Of a stretch of 64,000 nt of DNA, positions 34,955 to 50,800 are shown piece by piece. Origin of the DNA: Callorhinchus milii (Eukaryota); contig NW_024704743.1 in the NCBI RefSeq assembly GCF_018977255.1, forward strand, positions 32,428,001-32,492,000, in the 5' to 3' direction. The notes under the pieces were generated by a model. It saw only the letters and a list, made by a program, of their open reading frames with translations. It was not told where the DNA came from and did no database searches. The position numbers were made by a program, and so were the translations under genes. Numbering within the stretch: the stretch's first letter is position 1; each line of letters opens with the position of its first letter.

Positions 34955-37900
34955 AATACACACTCATAGAGAGAGACATACACACACTCAAACGCACACT
35001 CACAGAGACACACTTACGAACACACACACAGACACATTCACACAGAGACACTCATAAACACACACACAGGAGGACACAGACACAGTCCCGGGGACAGTCA
35101 CACAGAGGAGAGAGACACAGACCATCTCAACTGCTGAGCCTCGAGGTGAGTGAAGCACATTTCCCGCTAGTGCCACACATCCGCTCTCCCCACACTAGCG
35201 TTGAATAAACAGCCGGCAGCAGCGTGTAGAGGCCCTGAGCCAAGGAAACTCAATTTTGTACAGGTTTTTAGCGGAGGGTGTTGTTTATTGCAGATTCTGC
35301 AGAAAAATTGCAGTCACACATTTCTATTGGCCCAGCCCATGACTAATAGGTAAAGCACCACACTGTCCATTTCATATTGTCTGCAACAGTTTGGAGTTTA
35401 TTTGCAGAATGCCTTCCTTGTGACATACAACAAAAATCTTCACACAGTCTAGGGACATTACAAATGACAGTAAATATTCCCTCAGATAACTTCCTCAGTC
35501 AACAGGAACAACTTTGATGCTACCAATTTAACAGACAGTGTCTGTACACTTTTGCACTAAGATATAATTGAAAAAGAGGAATATTAAAGGGTACGGGAAG
35601 CGAGCAGGAGAGTGAGATTATATTAGGTGGTTCTTGTGGAGAAAAAACATCAGCGCAGACTTGATGGGTGGAAATGACCCTTCTCTGTATTGTAACTTTC
35701 TAGAACAAACTTTGGAATTTTACTTAATACAGTAAAGGCTACAATAAGTTTCCTAATGCAATGCACGAGTACATCTTCATACCTGCATAACATCACATTT
35801 ATGGACATCATTATATTGTAATATTACTGTCAGAAGTCAAATGCTGTATAATATACTGAACATTGCTCTGCTCTTATTTCTACTTGAATAAATGGGAAGT
35901 AAAGTACTCTCTCATTTTGTAGAAGATAATTAGAAGGAGGAAATGTTGAATGTGTGCATGACATTGTTTCAGCTGTAGTTGGAATATTGCATCCAGTTTT
36001 GAGAACCTATTTACAGAAAAGACATCACAGCTAGAGAGTGGATATTCACTAGAATGATACCTGGGATGAGAAGTTACGGTTATAATTATCCAAGCACTTT
36101 GAGAATCCTCCTGGCCTGAAAGGCGCTATATAAAAGCAAATTGTTTTGTATTGTATTTCGCGAGCCTTCAAAAGTTAGGTCTAGTTTCACCAGAGTGGAA
36201 AAGGTTAAGGTTAACATCTAACAGAAGTTTTCAAGTTCTGAATGGTTTGATAGGGTAAATAGAGAAAGGCTACTTTCACTTCAATCCAACCTGGAAGCCA
36301 GTCTGGAACTGTGCATGCAAGGTAGTTACTCTGGGCCACCATTCTATAGTTTACCTACAATAACAATGTTCTATGTTACACTCAGTTTTATTATTATTTC
36401 CAGATGGTTATCCCATTCTTTATTGTTTAGGTTCTATCTTTCTTGTGATTCAGGTGGACTTACCCTGCCTTTGCTAGTTCAAACAAATATAGGGTCACTC
36501 TCCCTGTTATCCTGTTTTAAAATCTCTCCTAATCCACATTTACCTCCAAATTTAAATAATTAGCTGCTCATCTCATTATTGTTAGTGGGACATTGGAGAC
36601 GCCAGTTAGCTGCTGTGTTTCCCTATATAGCAATTTTCATTTCCTGACACATCAATTATATTTTGCAGAATGTTTCAGGCTGTTTATTTATACATGGAAG
36701 GCACATTATAAATGCAAGTTGTTATAATTATAGTGCGTTCTCCCAGGATCCTGTGGCTCCAGGCCAGGCTGAGACCGGGTCAAAGTTGGGTACCCTGCTA
36801 GTCTCTAATGTCCCTCGACCATTCTGTCTTGCGCCCTCTCTACCTCTCAAGTCCTGCCTCAAAACCTACATCTTCGACCATGTCTGTGATCACCTCCATC
36901 CCCCTCTCCCCCTGCTCGGCTTCTGCCTCGCCATTGCAAAGTGCTTCAAGATGTTATTCTATGTGAAGAACACTATATAAATACAAGTTGTTTTGCTAAT
37001 ATGTCACCACTGAAGTGAGCACAGGGGAGTTCTGGCTTCAGCATCTCATTACAGATACTAAAATCAATTTATTTCATAAAACCTGAAGAAATTCTAATAC
37101 GGTTATTTTCTTGTACAAAACGGATAAGTAACTCTGAAACCCTCCCCCTTAGACTTTAGCTCTCATGTAACTGTATTTCAAGATGAACTGTCCATTTTAA
37201 TAAAGCAATAATAAGGAAAGAGAACAATTGAAAAGCCACTTTTACACAATTTGTTTACTATTCAGTCTGCACCTGCATCACATTATGCAGCATCTCACAT
37301 AATTGATAGATGCTACCTCCACTTTGTAAAACTTTGTCTTGCTCCCCCCTGCCCCACCCCACACTCTGAATTTACATTCATGTGAAATATTCAACAACGT
37401 CTGGGACGAAGCCCGACGTGACCAAGTGAAGCTTTAGAGAAAAAACACAGGTATACAAACAGATAGGGAAATGAGGAATGTTAAGACTAGACAACAATAT
37501 ATTTTTATTGGGGCCTGATTTGTGGTGTTTCTTAACACATTTCTTATTATTATTAGACCTCATTTATATTTCAACTTGTGGATCAGTTTACTACAGTTCT
37601 GAATATAGCACAGGCCTCCCTGCACTTCAGTCTTCTGAAACCGACTGGCTGAATTCCTGTGGATAGCACGTGCTACGCCTCCTGGTTTCAGCAAAATCCT
37701 ATCAATACAGCCAGTTCGTTTACTGCATACGGTGTACACTTGCAGCTTGGTGACAACCCTGAAGTGCTAATAGGTGACTGAACTATAGCACGACCTGTTA
37801 TAAGGCAGGTCTGATTTTATGAACTCAAACCATGGGTCACACTGTAGGAAATGCAAAATTATCACATTTTTAAATCATCAAATGTTCTGAAGAATGTATC

Positions 37901-38788
37901 TTTCAGCATACATGAGTTGGTCTTAGGCTTTATGACCACTGCTTTAAAATGCATTTGAAAACCAGCCTCAAAATTAAGACTGAATTTTAATAATTTCCCC
38001 AAATTTGGCACAATCTTCAATTTTAACAGACTAGTAAGACCATGAGTACATTCAGGCTTTTGATGTAGAAAATAGCACAAATTACTCCCTATTGTTTCTC
38101 TCTCAATGAACTTCAAGAACATTTCATAATTCTGCACCGTTACCCACCGTGATCAGGAACATCTTGCGAACTGGAACAAAAGTATTGTGAGTGTGGCCCA
38201 ATTTACATGGGAGGAGTCGGTGGGGTAGGATGAAAAAGGGGAGTTGAGGAGTTCCCTGAAACTGTTCAACACAGACTGGATGGGCCGTTGTCCTGTTTCT
38301 GTGCTGTATCGTTCTATGAAGAGCTATGTTTCAGAATTATTGCTGTCCTTGGAATACATTTCAAGATGACACAAAATAGTACATAGTCAAGATACATTTT
38401 TAAAAAAGAAAATCAAGGCAAGCTCAAATGTGCGATTATAAACCAGTGACTGTAACCTAGAGATGCAATGACCACTTCAGAGTGAACTGAAGTAAGAGTG
38501 GACTAAACTGAAGAGGGAACAAGGGTGTTTCGTGGAATTGCATTTATGTTGTACAAAGCCCAGAAATACAAAGGTGTTGGTTACACTTCAAGTATATACA
38601 AGTGATGCAACTTTGGTGACTAAAAACTTACGGAAAGCCATTGCTGAATCAGCATTTCTACTTGTAATGAATGCAGTTACTGCAAAGTGTTGAACTACTG
38701 TAGTGTACGCTATGGTTGCATTGTGGTGAATCCTAACTCTAAAATACAACGTATGAACTATGGAATAATGAACCGAACATTCTGGCTT

Positions 38789-38872
38789 TCAGCCAACAAT
38801 CTCCGAAGCTTCAGTGACCAATTTCGACCCATCCCATGTGGTCTTGAACTGTTCAGGAATGGGATACTCTTT
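38789..38872 (-). CDS. CAP2: CAP2 terminal coding exon
   Basis: [27 protein letters not shown]. Confidence 0.95.
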   Translation of the reverse strand, partial: KEYPIPEQFKTTWDGSKLVTEASEIVG

Positions 38873-41800
38873 CTGTAAAGATAAAGAATATGTGTCTGTA
38901 AGTAAATAATTTTCAACAATGGGGTGATTTATCACAGATGTCCTTAACAGTGATTCTGAGTCTCAAGCAGCAAGTCCTTCAGGTAATCAGAAATATGTCA
39001 CACCGCCCAGCGGGAACTCCCAGAGTGAGCTCAAGCAGTGAGCATGCCATACTTGTGATTACCAAAGGAGTCGCTACTTGCAACTCAGATTTGCTGCCAA
39101 CAACTCCTGTTAAGAATTGGCACAATTTGGTCCTCAGCATTGGTTTTGTGGAAATGCAAACATGCTAGACAATGAAGCAGAAAGTGCAGTTTGGAATGAA
39201 ATGACAAGGCTTGGTAGTCATCCTGGTTTATCGTTTGTAACACATAGTGGGTTCTACAGTGAATATGTGAATGGTACAAGTTGCCCAATTGCTATATTTA
39301 GTACATCTAAACCCCATTAACAAGTGACAGTCTATTTTACTTTTGGTTCATTGGTTGCTACTCCTGTGTACATGTTGCTAGTATTAAATCTTTAGAGCAA
39401 GTGGGCAAAGCTAGATGGGAGAGTGTTCACTCCTAAACCAGTTTTTAAGGACAAAACAGCTTTTAAAGACATTTACAATCATGCCTGAGGAAATCTGAGG
39501 TAAGATTTTGCTTGATATTTAGCTGGAATTTGCAACTTCATTACTGGTCATTACATCGTCCCTGATGGCTGAGAACGGGACACATTGACTCAATGGCTGG
39601 GAAAGGAGCACATAGACGCCGGTGGCTGGTATAAGACACTCAGTGTACCAGCAGTCAGGGAAGTTTCCTGGGAAATCATTCTCTTTAAGAGCCAGTGGCG
39701 CCACTTTATTTACATCACAGCACTGTCAAGGGAGCAGGGTGTTGCCAGATTGCTGGCACTGTAACTTTACAACACATCTCACTTCTAATAGATGTGTGCA
39801 AAACTCATCAAATTAAAGCTGAACATTTCACATAATTCAAGCTTTTATTTGTACGCGTTAAAAAAACAATAAACTGTGACAAAACAGAAAATAAACTGTG
39901 ACCGTTGACTCAGAAGGAGTCCTACCTACATTAAGTCATGCCCGAGTGTGAAAGCGAATGGCGTACAAAATGAAAAGCACAAGGTAACCCGAAACTTACG
40001 TAATCATCATCGTGAGGGATTAGGATGTTCACTTCAGAAGACTTGGCACTTACAATCTCACAATCTAAGGATTCTTCACTCAGGTATATGTGGCATCCCT
40101 CAGTCTTATTTACTGAAATAGTTGGCACTTTGTTCAATACCTGAAACATTACAGAATAGATTTTTTTGTTTAGAATCAATCTAAACTTTACCCAATATAA
40201 AAACAGAAATGTTGGGAGCATCAGAACAATTAGCAGCTGAAAGAGGTTAAAAACAAAAATTGTAGATCTGAGGTACTATCCTATATTGGGTCAAACCCAA
40301 AACGTTAAACCTATTTTGTGTGTTGCTTCACAAGTTAAATTATCTCCAGATTGTTTGTTCAGAAGTAAAAGAAAAATGAAACATCATGCTAAGTGAGCAG
40401 GAATTGTTTGTGCTATTTTTATATATATAAATGTATATACAACCTGTGCATAAAGCTGCTTATCACGTTGTCGAGACATCTCAAACATTTCACAGGATTT
40501 TACTGTGCAGTCTACAGTGACTGTGAATTTGTAGGCAAATGCAGCAGCTCAATGTCCCACACACAGCCATTTGTTTCATTTTGCCAAGATGTGACTTGAG
40601 CCCACAAGCTTCTTACCCAGAGGTGAGTGCTACCACTGAGCCAAGCTGGCACACGAGGATGTTGGCAGTTTATAGCCAAATTCTGCTTTGCTTACCGATA
40701 GTGATAGAGTTCATAAGTAATTATTCTCTGGGAAATACCTACAGACCTGCAGTGATCTAGTCAACCCAAGAGGCAGCATTAACTGGCATATTCCATTCAA
40801 TGAGCAGAACGTTCAGAAACTCACTTATTCACTTGCTCTAATTTGTGTCAAGAGTGATGTTGTACCATCACTGTATGTTATTATTCGCAGTGAATTTTCA
40901 TTTAACGTAAAGCGAATTTTAGTTCTGCCCAAACCTTACAATCAAGGTCATTTAGTACATTTTTCTATATCATATCAGAACAATTAAAAAGTAATTGTCA
41001 CCTGAATTTGCACGTCCCTTGAATTGATGATTTCAACAATACCCACAACATTGTCAAATACTAGACTGAGCTTGTGACAGGAGTCTGCAACAGAGAACAC
41101 ACATTAATCCACTGGCTCCTGGGACACAAATCACGAGAAAACAAGGCAAACGATAGCACACCAGCTGCTTGTGCAGAGCAGAAAAAGCAGCCACTTCGGT
41201 TGGATGTGACATTCTGTAGCCAAGTTCCGCTTCACTTACCGATGGTGATGGAATTGATCTTGCCTTGGATTTGCAGCATGGAGCTGCTGCACTTGAAAAC
41301 GTAGGCCACGTGCTTTAGCTCAGTTTCAGAAATCACAAGGTCGCCAACATTTTCCTGGTATTCCTGGCATCAAAGGAATAAAGTTTATTTGCAGACTGAA
41401 TCAGTGCTGAAAAAGCATACACTTGGGTATCGGGTAATCTCCATTTTCTGTTTCTTGACTGTTGTGCTTTGTTTAGAATTCACTGCTTTCGACAGTACTA
41501 TGTAGCTCTGAGCTCATGTACAGGGAAGCAATAGGGAGGAGGGGGCAAAGACACATATAGCTGCCTTGAGCTCCTGAACTGCAGGAATACATTATTTTGG
41601 AGTCTAACTTGCCCTGCTGGCTTTTTGCTCAGTGCTTGTAATGAGAAATGCAGTTATTCTTTTCTTCATAAAATGTGTAAAATGCACAATGCAATTCCAA
41701 TCAAATTTGCTGCTTAAATTAACAAAAAGCTCTTCTGTGTACCACCCGAATACTGAGAAAGTTGCTGTTGTTGTAACCTTTAATTATCAGTCCTGGTCTA

Positions 41801-44800
41801 GTGCACCATGAGACAAACATACCTAAAGTCCCAATACTCATTCTGGTTGATCTAGAATATACGTCCTCCTGATGTGAAACGTAAAGATTATTATCATTAT
41901 AAAATACAAAGTATCACATTTGAGACCCATGGCTTGTTAATGCAGATTTACCACTCTCCACTTCTTTCCCTCCAGCTTCAACATAGGTGTCCTGGGCTGT
42001 TGTGGTGAGTTGGGGGATGTAGGGCTTGATTTGTGACTCTTTGAAGGGGAGTTGACTGATCCGCTCTGTGAACGAAGATTTGGATTCTTGTGGGTCTTCT
42101 GAGCATCAGGAACATGGCGTAAAGCTGGGGAATGAAAAGGAAAACATCTCTGTAGTTACGAGAGAAGACAAGTTTGATTACCAATGCAGGAATTTGAAAG
42201 TTGTGACAGAAGACTGGAGGGTAGCTTATGTAACACCTCTATTTAAAAAGGGAGAACAGGATCAAACAAGTCATTGTAGTCCATTCAGTCAGTTTAATGG
42301 CCACAGTGAGCAAACCCTTAGAGGCTACAATATGAGATAATATTAAAAGCCAGTTGGAAAGTTGATTAAAGATAGTCAGCGTGGATTTGTTAAAAGGCCA
42401 TTCTTGCCCGACAAATCTAATAAGAAATTATTTGACAAAATAACCGAGAAAATAAATGAAGGTATTGCTTGTGAATGTGGTATATATGGATTTTCAGAAA
42501 GGTTTTGATAAAGTGACGCAATAGAGGCTTGTTAAAAAAAGTAGGACGCGTGGTATTGATGGAAAGTTAGCACCATAGATAACCAACTTTTGTTGGTTAA
42601 AGGATAGGAAACAGAGGGTGGGAGTACAGAGCCGTCATTTGCAATGGAGAGATGTAAATAGTGGTGTCCTCCAGGGGTCAGTGTTAGAGTCACTGCTTTT
42701 CTCCATTTATATCAATGACCTGGACTCTGGTATAAGGGCCACAATTTCTAAGTTTGCGGATGACATTAAACTAGAGAGTATAGCTAATAATGAAGCAGAT
42801 TGTAAGCAACTTCAGGGGGTCATAGACTAGTTGATTGGGCAGAGAAAAGGCAAATTAAATTTATTGTGAACAAATATGAGTTAATTCATTTTGGGAGGAA
42901 GAAAAACGAGAACACGTATAAGTTAGATGATAAAATATTAAAGGGAACGGAAGAACAGAGGAATCTGAGGGCGGTTAATGGACATAAATCCTTATGAAAG
43001 ATGGGAAGGCAGGCTGACAAAGCGGCCAAAAAAGCTAATGGAATCCTAGGCTTCATAAATAAAGAGGAACTGGAACCACTGGAACCAAAAAAAGGTGAGG
43101 GGTGACCTGATAAGATGCCTTTAACATTTTGAGGGGTTTTGATAGAGTCAACAGGGAGATTTTTTTTCACTGGTCAATGAGTCAGTAACTAGAAAGCATT
43201 AATTTAAAGTTAGTAAACGAGCAAATGTGGAGATTAGGAGACATTTTTTCACAAACGGAGTAGTTAGGATATGGAATGCCCTACCGGGAACGGTGATTGA
43301 GGCAGAATCCATACTTGCCTTCAAGAAGAAACTAGATAAAAATCTTAAAAGTCAGCTACAGGGGTCTGGGGAAAGGGCAGGTAAATGGGATTGAAAGGAT
43401 TGCCTTGAGGGAGCTGACACAGACACAATGGGGTGAATGGCCTTCTTCTGTGCCGTAAACTTCTATAGTTCTGTGGCTCTAGGAGTGTGAATAGAATACT
43501 GTGACAAGAAACTTTTGGATAAAGAAGGCCCTTCGGGCCATTTAATCTCATCCTTCCAGACCACCTACTTTAATGTCTCCCTTTTACAGCATTAAAAGGG
43601 CGAAATGTTGGGCAAGTTTCCTTACTCCACATGCTTTTGTTTACCGAGCAGTAAGTAGGAACTCGGTTGTTAATCGATTGGCGGATCGCTTTCCCAAGGG
43701 TAATAATTGTTTTAAAAAAATAGTAATAATGAATTGGTCACTTCAATCCAAAACTGTTTGTGTGCAATTGGCTGCCGTGTTTCGCCCACAAAATATACAG
43801 TCAATTCACTTTACAGTATATTCTGTGAAGCGCTTTGAGACGTTCGAAGATGTGATAAAGCACTATATCAAATGCAAGGATTATTATTATTAAATGGTTT
43901 CCAGTGAGCTGGGCCCATTCTTGGTAAACCATTCCAGCTTTTTACCCTATGTTACCCTACTTCCTGGTGTTTATCTTAAACTTGTGGGAACCTTTGACCC
44001 TTCAAGAATATTAAGGTCTCGCTGGTGCCGAGCAGACCAGACTGCAACAATTTTAAGACTCAGTCAAATGAATTGCAATTTCTAATCTGCAAATCACACT
44101 GCTGAGAATTTCAGTGGCAGTTCCCTATTTCAGAAGTGGCAAAACAACTGCTTTCACTTATATAGCGCCTTTCATGCAGGGTAGCACTGAATAATGGGGC
44201 TATCTGCCAACGAGCCGGGGAGAAAGCGGAAGTGATGACAGGCACAGTTGAAGAGGAAAGACTTCAGGTGCGATCAGAAAATGGGCACAGTGGCTGATGG
44301 CACCAATACTAAGATGTAAGCTGCTGTTCAGATGGCTGAATCACTTTAGTTTTGTATAACAGATGTAGTACGCAAGGAAACGACAAAGGACAGAGTGAGC
44401 ATTACAACTGTTGTGCAAAGAAAGGAGGAGGCAATAAAACATGTGAGATTTTGTTAGAAGTACAACACAATCGACATTTGATTTGAGCGAATAGCACTGA
44501 ACTTCTAAACATATCTGAACCAAAGGTTTTGTTAGTTACAGAGGCTAGACTATTGTGGAATGGAAGGTAACTTGGTTACTCAGTAATACCAGTGTGGCAA
44601 TTTCATTAGAGCTCTGAGTGAATTGGTCAACTCTGACCACCCTGACTTAAATAAAAACCTCAGACGCCTCTAGGGGGTGCACTTGTCTAACATTTCCATT
44701 CCAGACCAAAGGGAATGTGCCAAAGCTTTCAAGGGCGACGACAGCCATGATTTCAGCGCTGCCTGTGCTGCAGTGTTACTCTCACTGAATTAGCAAAAGT

Positions 44801-47800
44801 CTCCGCTCCAAAGAGATACTTTCTGAGAAGTACCACGGAATATTTAGTGTCTGCCTGGACAAGCAGATGGCAACTCGGTTTAAAGTTCTATCTGAAGGAC
44901 AGCACCTCCGATAACGCAGCGCAGCTTCAACATTGCAATGGAGAGTCAGCCTGGACTATATGAGTCCCAAGTCCTTAATTGGGGCTTGAACCCACAACCT
45001 TCTGATTCAGAAGCAACATTCCCCCAACTGAGCCAGGCTGACACAAAGCACATAATGTAAATGTTAGGTCATACACACGACACTATTAGCAATCTATTCC
45101 AACAGTGCAATGTCAGCGGGTTGAATGGCTTTCTCCTAAGATATAGTTTCTTTGAAGCTGAACCACCGGCTAGTTTTGCCACAGGTTTATTGACTGGAAT
45201 GTTCTGGCAGGCCAGAGCACCCTGGTGATTGATATTAATTTCATTTGGTAGTGTGATGTAGAAGGAACACAGGCTGAGAATGTCAGATACAGACTGGCAT
45301 TACATTACCCACTCTCTAGTACGTGGCTTCCTAACCCAAAGAGCACATGGCAGCCTGCCCTCAGACCTTTTGTAATTCATGTACCTCACAGCTGTGGGTC
45401 ATGGTCGCACGCCAACAATCTGGTGTTTTTGATTAAAACACACAGTCACTGCACCTAATAGTAATTACTGTGAAGTATGTTGAGACTTTTTAATGTTACA
45501 AGCACTATATCAAATGCAAGGATGATTATTCTTATTTTTGATGACCGTGTGGCTATTGGCCTGATACAGATCTTGTAAAGAAACGTTTAGGGTTGGTGAT
45601 CAACTGGTAATCAATCCACCTCCATAGTTTACTAACTCTGATTTCTAATAGCGTAGTTGCTAAACGATAAGAGGTCGAACATTCTCCTGGGAGTGCACTG
45701 GTTGGGCATCTGGGCTCTTTTTCCACACCTTAATGTCTGAGAAGTGGGAAGGGTCAGCATTAAGTCAGCATTTCAGAGCGATCACAATTTGGCAAATTGT
45801 TGAATTCAGCCTTAACTTTGAAGTTGTCTTTCATAGGAACATAGGAATTAGGAGCAGGTGTAGGCCATTCGGCCCCTCGAGCCTGCCCCGCCATTCAATA
45901 AGATCATGGCTGATCTTCTAACCTAACACCATCTGCCTGCCTTATCCCCATATCCCTTAATCCCTCTATCCTTTCGAAATCTATCAATCTCAGTCTTGAA
46001 TATCTACAGCCTTCTGAGGTAGAGAATTCCATAAATTCACTACCCTCTGAGTGAAGAAGTGTTTCCTCAATTCTGTTCGAAAGGGCTGTCCCTTAATCTT
46101 AAAACTGTGACCCCTGGTTACAGATTCTCCGACCAGGGGAAAGAGTCTTGCACTGTCTACTCTGTCAAGCCCCATAAGAATCGTATATGCTTCTATAAGC
46201 ATCTATAAGCTTCTGTGGAGTCCTGTAGCTCAGTGGTTAGAGCACTCGCTTTGCAAGCAAGAGACCTGAGTTCAATTCCAGGCGAAACCTTGGGCAAGTT
46301 TCCTTACTCCACACAGAGCCTAATAATAATCCCTCCAAAACAAAAACAATAATAAATTGGTCATTTTCAATCTACGACTGTTTGTGGGACATTGCTGTGC
46401 GCAATTGGCTGCCGCGTTCGCCCACAAATATACAGTCAATTCACTTTACAGTGTGTTCTGTGAAGCGCTTTGGGACGTCCTCCTGACGTGAAAAGCGCTA
46501 TATCAAATGCAGGGATTACTATTATTATTATAAGATCACCCCTAATTCTTCTATATTCTAGAGAATATAGGCCTTTCTGTAGTTTCTTAAAAGAAACTTA
46601 TGGAAAAATAGCTTCAAAGTTAAGACAATGTTTTTAATATTTGCCAGAATATTAAGAAAATAGAGTAACTCTGCCAAGTGGAATTTTTATATACCTAAAA
46701 ATAATAACATCTAAACTTGGTATTTTAATTAAAATTACTCCTAACACTCATTTGGCAAAATTGTACGCAATCAAGTCAATAATCTGAGGAAATGAGATGA
46801 AAAAAGGAAAAAAGTGAATGTTTGTGGTATTACTGTTTTGCTCACCTCTTGTGATCCCTTCCCCCTGGTTAAGATCAGCAAACAGCTGGGAACGTGCTAC
46901 AGATGTTTCATCCTGCGGTGGGTCGTCCGCAAACGCTGGAGGGGGTCCTGGTGGAGGGGGAGGAGGTGGGCAAGAGCCACCCAACGGTGGTGCCCCTGGG
47001 GACAAAGCCGAGGCATCGGGACCCTGGAATCACAGGAAGGACATTCGACTTATTATGTGTGACGGAGCTCAGCACTGAGTGAGGAAATCTCACCTTTTCT
47101 AATGATCCAAAGCTGCTGTATTAGCACCTTCCCTTCGACCTCCTGCTGTTTGCACAACAATATGTTTTATTCAAGTCCACAGTAAAATGAGACTCCCAAC
47201 GATAATAAAACTGTGTAAAGCAGGGAATAGAGACTTTTGCTCTTTTAACTGAAGGAGCTTATTAGATGAACAGCGTCTCTGAGGGTGGGGGAGGGAGAAA
47301 AAAAAAATACATTTTCTATTAACTACATTTTAAAATGTCTTCCATTTCAATGCAAAGCACTCACAATTTGAGTTATTCTGATCGAAATTCAAGTGTATTT
47401 TGGTTTGAATTACTGTCGCTACCACAGCATATGTAGGGCACTGGGTTCCTGTACAGCAGAGGTGCAGACTGTGCTTTGAAAACATATGTGTCCAACATAA
47501 CGTAATTTTATCTTTTTACTATTCTAACCCTGCTTGCGAAAGCCTTACTGAAAGGGGCAGTCCTAGCTGGTCGGTCTAAGTACCGTGTCAGTGTTGCCCA
47601 GTTACCATTTCGCGTTAAGTTCCTGCAATGGTGACCTTTACAGTTGAATCTCTCTTCCTCTTCCACTTACTATTCTGTATCCACAATATCTTCTCGTTTG
47701 GAAACAAACCACAAGTCACATCTTTTCCCTGTGAGTGGCAGCAGAGGATTCATAGTTGCTCCTTGTGTCACACCTCTAGGTTTCCAATGTTCCATGGACA

Positions 47801-50800
47801 CCCACACTCCCATCTCCAAGTTGTGATAACGGGGAGCTTTCTTTTTTGGTCAGCCGGGTGTCTGACACATGTGGAAATCCATCGTCATGCTTAAGAGTAT
47901 CCAAACCAAGCTGAGAATTCCATGCATCCCACCTACAGATGGAGTTCCCAGAGATAGATTGTTGGAATGCTCACTCTCTCCTTGGAGGGACACATCCTGC
48001 TTACCTAATTCCAGCAAATATTAGACGCAGGTTGGCAAGAGTCAGGGCTTGGAGACCCCAGAGTGTGCATTGGGGTAACTACTGGAGTCTAACCACCTAA
48101 AACCGCATAGCTTACCATTGATATTGGTATCTGGCAAGCTTTCCCATTGCTTGTTCAGCTAGGACCATACTCCCTGTTAAGGCTTTGGCTTGCAGGGTTA
48201 ACAGGAGCTGCGTGGGATGATTCCTCGCTGCCAGTGACTGGTCTGCCCTTTCAGGTCCTGCCAGGCTGGCTGTGCTGTCATCAGCAGTGCCCTAGAATAC
48301 TGCGGCTCAGACCCACGTGGCTCAGGAAACGGACTACCGAGACCACCATAGAGGGTTGGCTCGATTCTAATATTCCATTACGAAACATGTCTCCTTAGAG
48401 CCAGTTCAGCTCCAATGAGACCCTGCATACCTCTGCCCCAAGGAGGATAATCTTGGGAAGCTTTCGATATGATTCTGGTCACCCGAAAAATCACATTTGT
48501 CAGCCATCTGACCCCATCCACACCTCTCTCTTGTGGGCAGTTTCTGTCAGCTGGTATAAGGCTGGACATCGTCTTCGCTATCCCACAAACTCCCTTGCTC
48601 ATCGTGGCTCTGCTAAACCATTAAAGTCTCCGGCTCTGTTCTTGGTGGCTGGCAGCCAAGATTTCCAAACATTTTTATACGCATCCATAGGGTATGAGTG
48701 GGAGTTATTCCCTGGAACTCTCCTGATTCTACAGTGCAGTTAGGCAGAGAACAGCTCACTTCAATTTCACTAATTAAGGGTCGTTTCCTATCAAAAGCTG
48801 ATAGAGATGGAAAGTGAGGACCAGATACGACAGACGTCAAGCTAGGAAGCGAGGTAGGTTTATTGGGTGTCTTTCTCCTGCTAATTCTTGTTTGATATTC
48901 CCCTCCTAATCCAAATCTGTCTCCGAATTCAAGTTAATTGGCTACTCACCTCCAATTTGTATTCTGGACTTTTGCCTATGCAGTATAATAACATCCACTT
49001 TTGTTTCTAATACATTACATTTTGCAAATCAATCGCGTCAAGATATTTATTTTATGTGAAGGTGCTATACAAATGCAAATGATTAATCAGATAATCTTTT
49101 AGATTTGATAATCTTTGGTGTTTGTACTACTTGACTTATGTCAGGGTTGACAGCATTCTGTGACAGGGTGTATTGTATATAGGAAGACACCATCTCTGAA
49201 GCTGCTACTTAACAGTTATGTGAAGCTTTAGTAATCATTTCATCATTTACGTGAAAGATGCTTCACCAAATCCAAGGATTACAATCATTATTAAAAATGT
49301 CAGCTATTGTTTTGTGAAGCTGTATGTGTGACTGTGTACGTGTGTGTGAATGTGTATGTGTCTGAGAGTGTGTATGTATGGGGCATGGTATTCAAGTGTA
49401 TGTTGCTATGGCTACACCTGCTGCTTGGCAAAGAAGAACTCAAATTTTTATGATTGATCCATCTCACAGTGCTTTACAATAATTGGTTAGATGTAGTGTC
49501 TGTTTTCATAAGCAAACACAGCAGACATTTTGTGCAAAAGAAGACTCCACAAGAACAGCCATGAATAAGGAATGCCTAATTCACTTGGAAGAGTGTTGGC
49601 CAGGACACCAGCACACACTCCCTTCTTCTTTCTAATACTGTCATGGGATCTTGAAGAACAGGCAGAATAGACCTTGGATTAATGTCTCATCTGAATGATG
49701 GCACCTCAGACAATACAGTGCCCCTCCAGCATTGCACTGGGGTGTCAGGCTTGGTTGTGAGCTGCTGAGGCCACAACTTTGTGACCCAAAAGCGAGAGTG
49801 CTACCAACTGAGCCAGTCCGACACCTAACTTCATGCACTTGGAATAAACCCAACATTTCACTCCTCTTGATATAAAGAGTCATCATTGGCAAGTAATAGA
49901 GGATAATTATTTGTATAAAAATAACTTTGAAAGCCTTTTTCTCTCCACCCTCACCCCACCCCACTAGTCCTTCTCGATAAAGCAAACATTTCCAACATTT
50001 GTCCACAAAGACGAGACTCCAGAATTAAAGAAACTCATTCAAACGCATGCCCGCTGGTTGTCAGACGTGATAACTGTCTGTCAATCAACAGCGAGAGCCA
50101 TTCAGCCATGTGGTAGAATTACTATAGGCAGCAGCCATTACGCTGTCTCTCACTGACTAACTAAGAGCCCCTCATGCATAGAAATAGCAGCTTATTCCTG
50201 GGCCTTGCTAACAATTGCATGCCCTGACAGAAAGAATAGTTAGGGTTATCAGGCGACTGTGGCCCCGTCATCTGCAAAACCCATAGCTTTACTGGATTAC
50301 TTCAGCTGTTTGTGTCTGCAGCAGCTGTTGTCGGGGCTCAGCAGACAGATCTGTGCGCCGACTATAGCCGTCACTTCATTTGTCATTGAGAGGAGTTTTG
50401 GAGAGACTGGGGGAAGGGGGAGCTCCAGGGGAAAGGATTGTAGCAGACGCCACCACGCACAGAAGTCCTGTAAGTCAGAGTTGAGGAATTCTGGCCAGCC
50501 TCCTGCAATCAGCCACGTGGCCTGTTTTAATTAAAGAAAGTGTTTCTTAACACATTCGTCACAACAACAACAACTTGCACTATAACGCCCTCCGAGCAGG
50601 GTAGAGTCTCAGAGTGCTTAAAGGGCAAAGAGAAAAGAGGCCGTTGGAGAGACCTTGTGATTTCTCAGTGCCTTATCACGTCAAAAATCTCAAAATGCTT
50701 CACAAATAATTGTTACCAAGAGAGGAGACTATGTTTTTTTGTAGGCAAACGTGGTGGCTGGCACAAGATGCTGCAAACAGCGAAAGGGTGAATAACCAAT

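Noticed and set aside
47094..47146. Possible extra CAP2 exon with a gtgag donor 70 bp from the polyproline exon
   Set aside because: The frame-preserving reading contains TAA; the open reading shifts CAP2 out of frame
48215..48940. Coding-looking sequence in the CAP2 intron
   Set aside because: Only short ORFs in different frames with no recognisable motif; it adjoins a repeat
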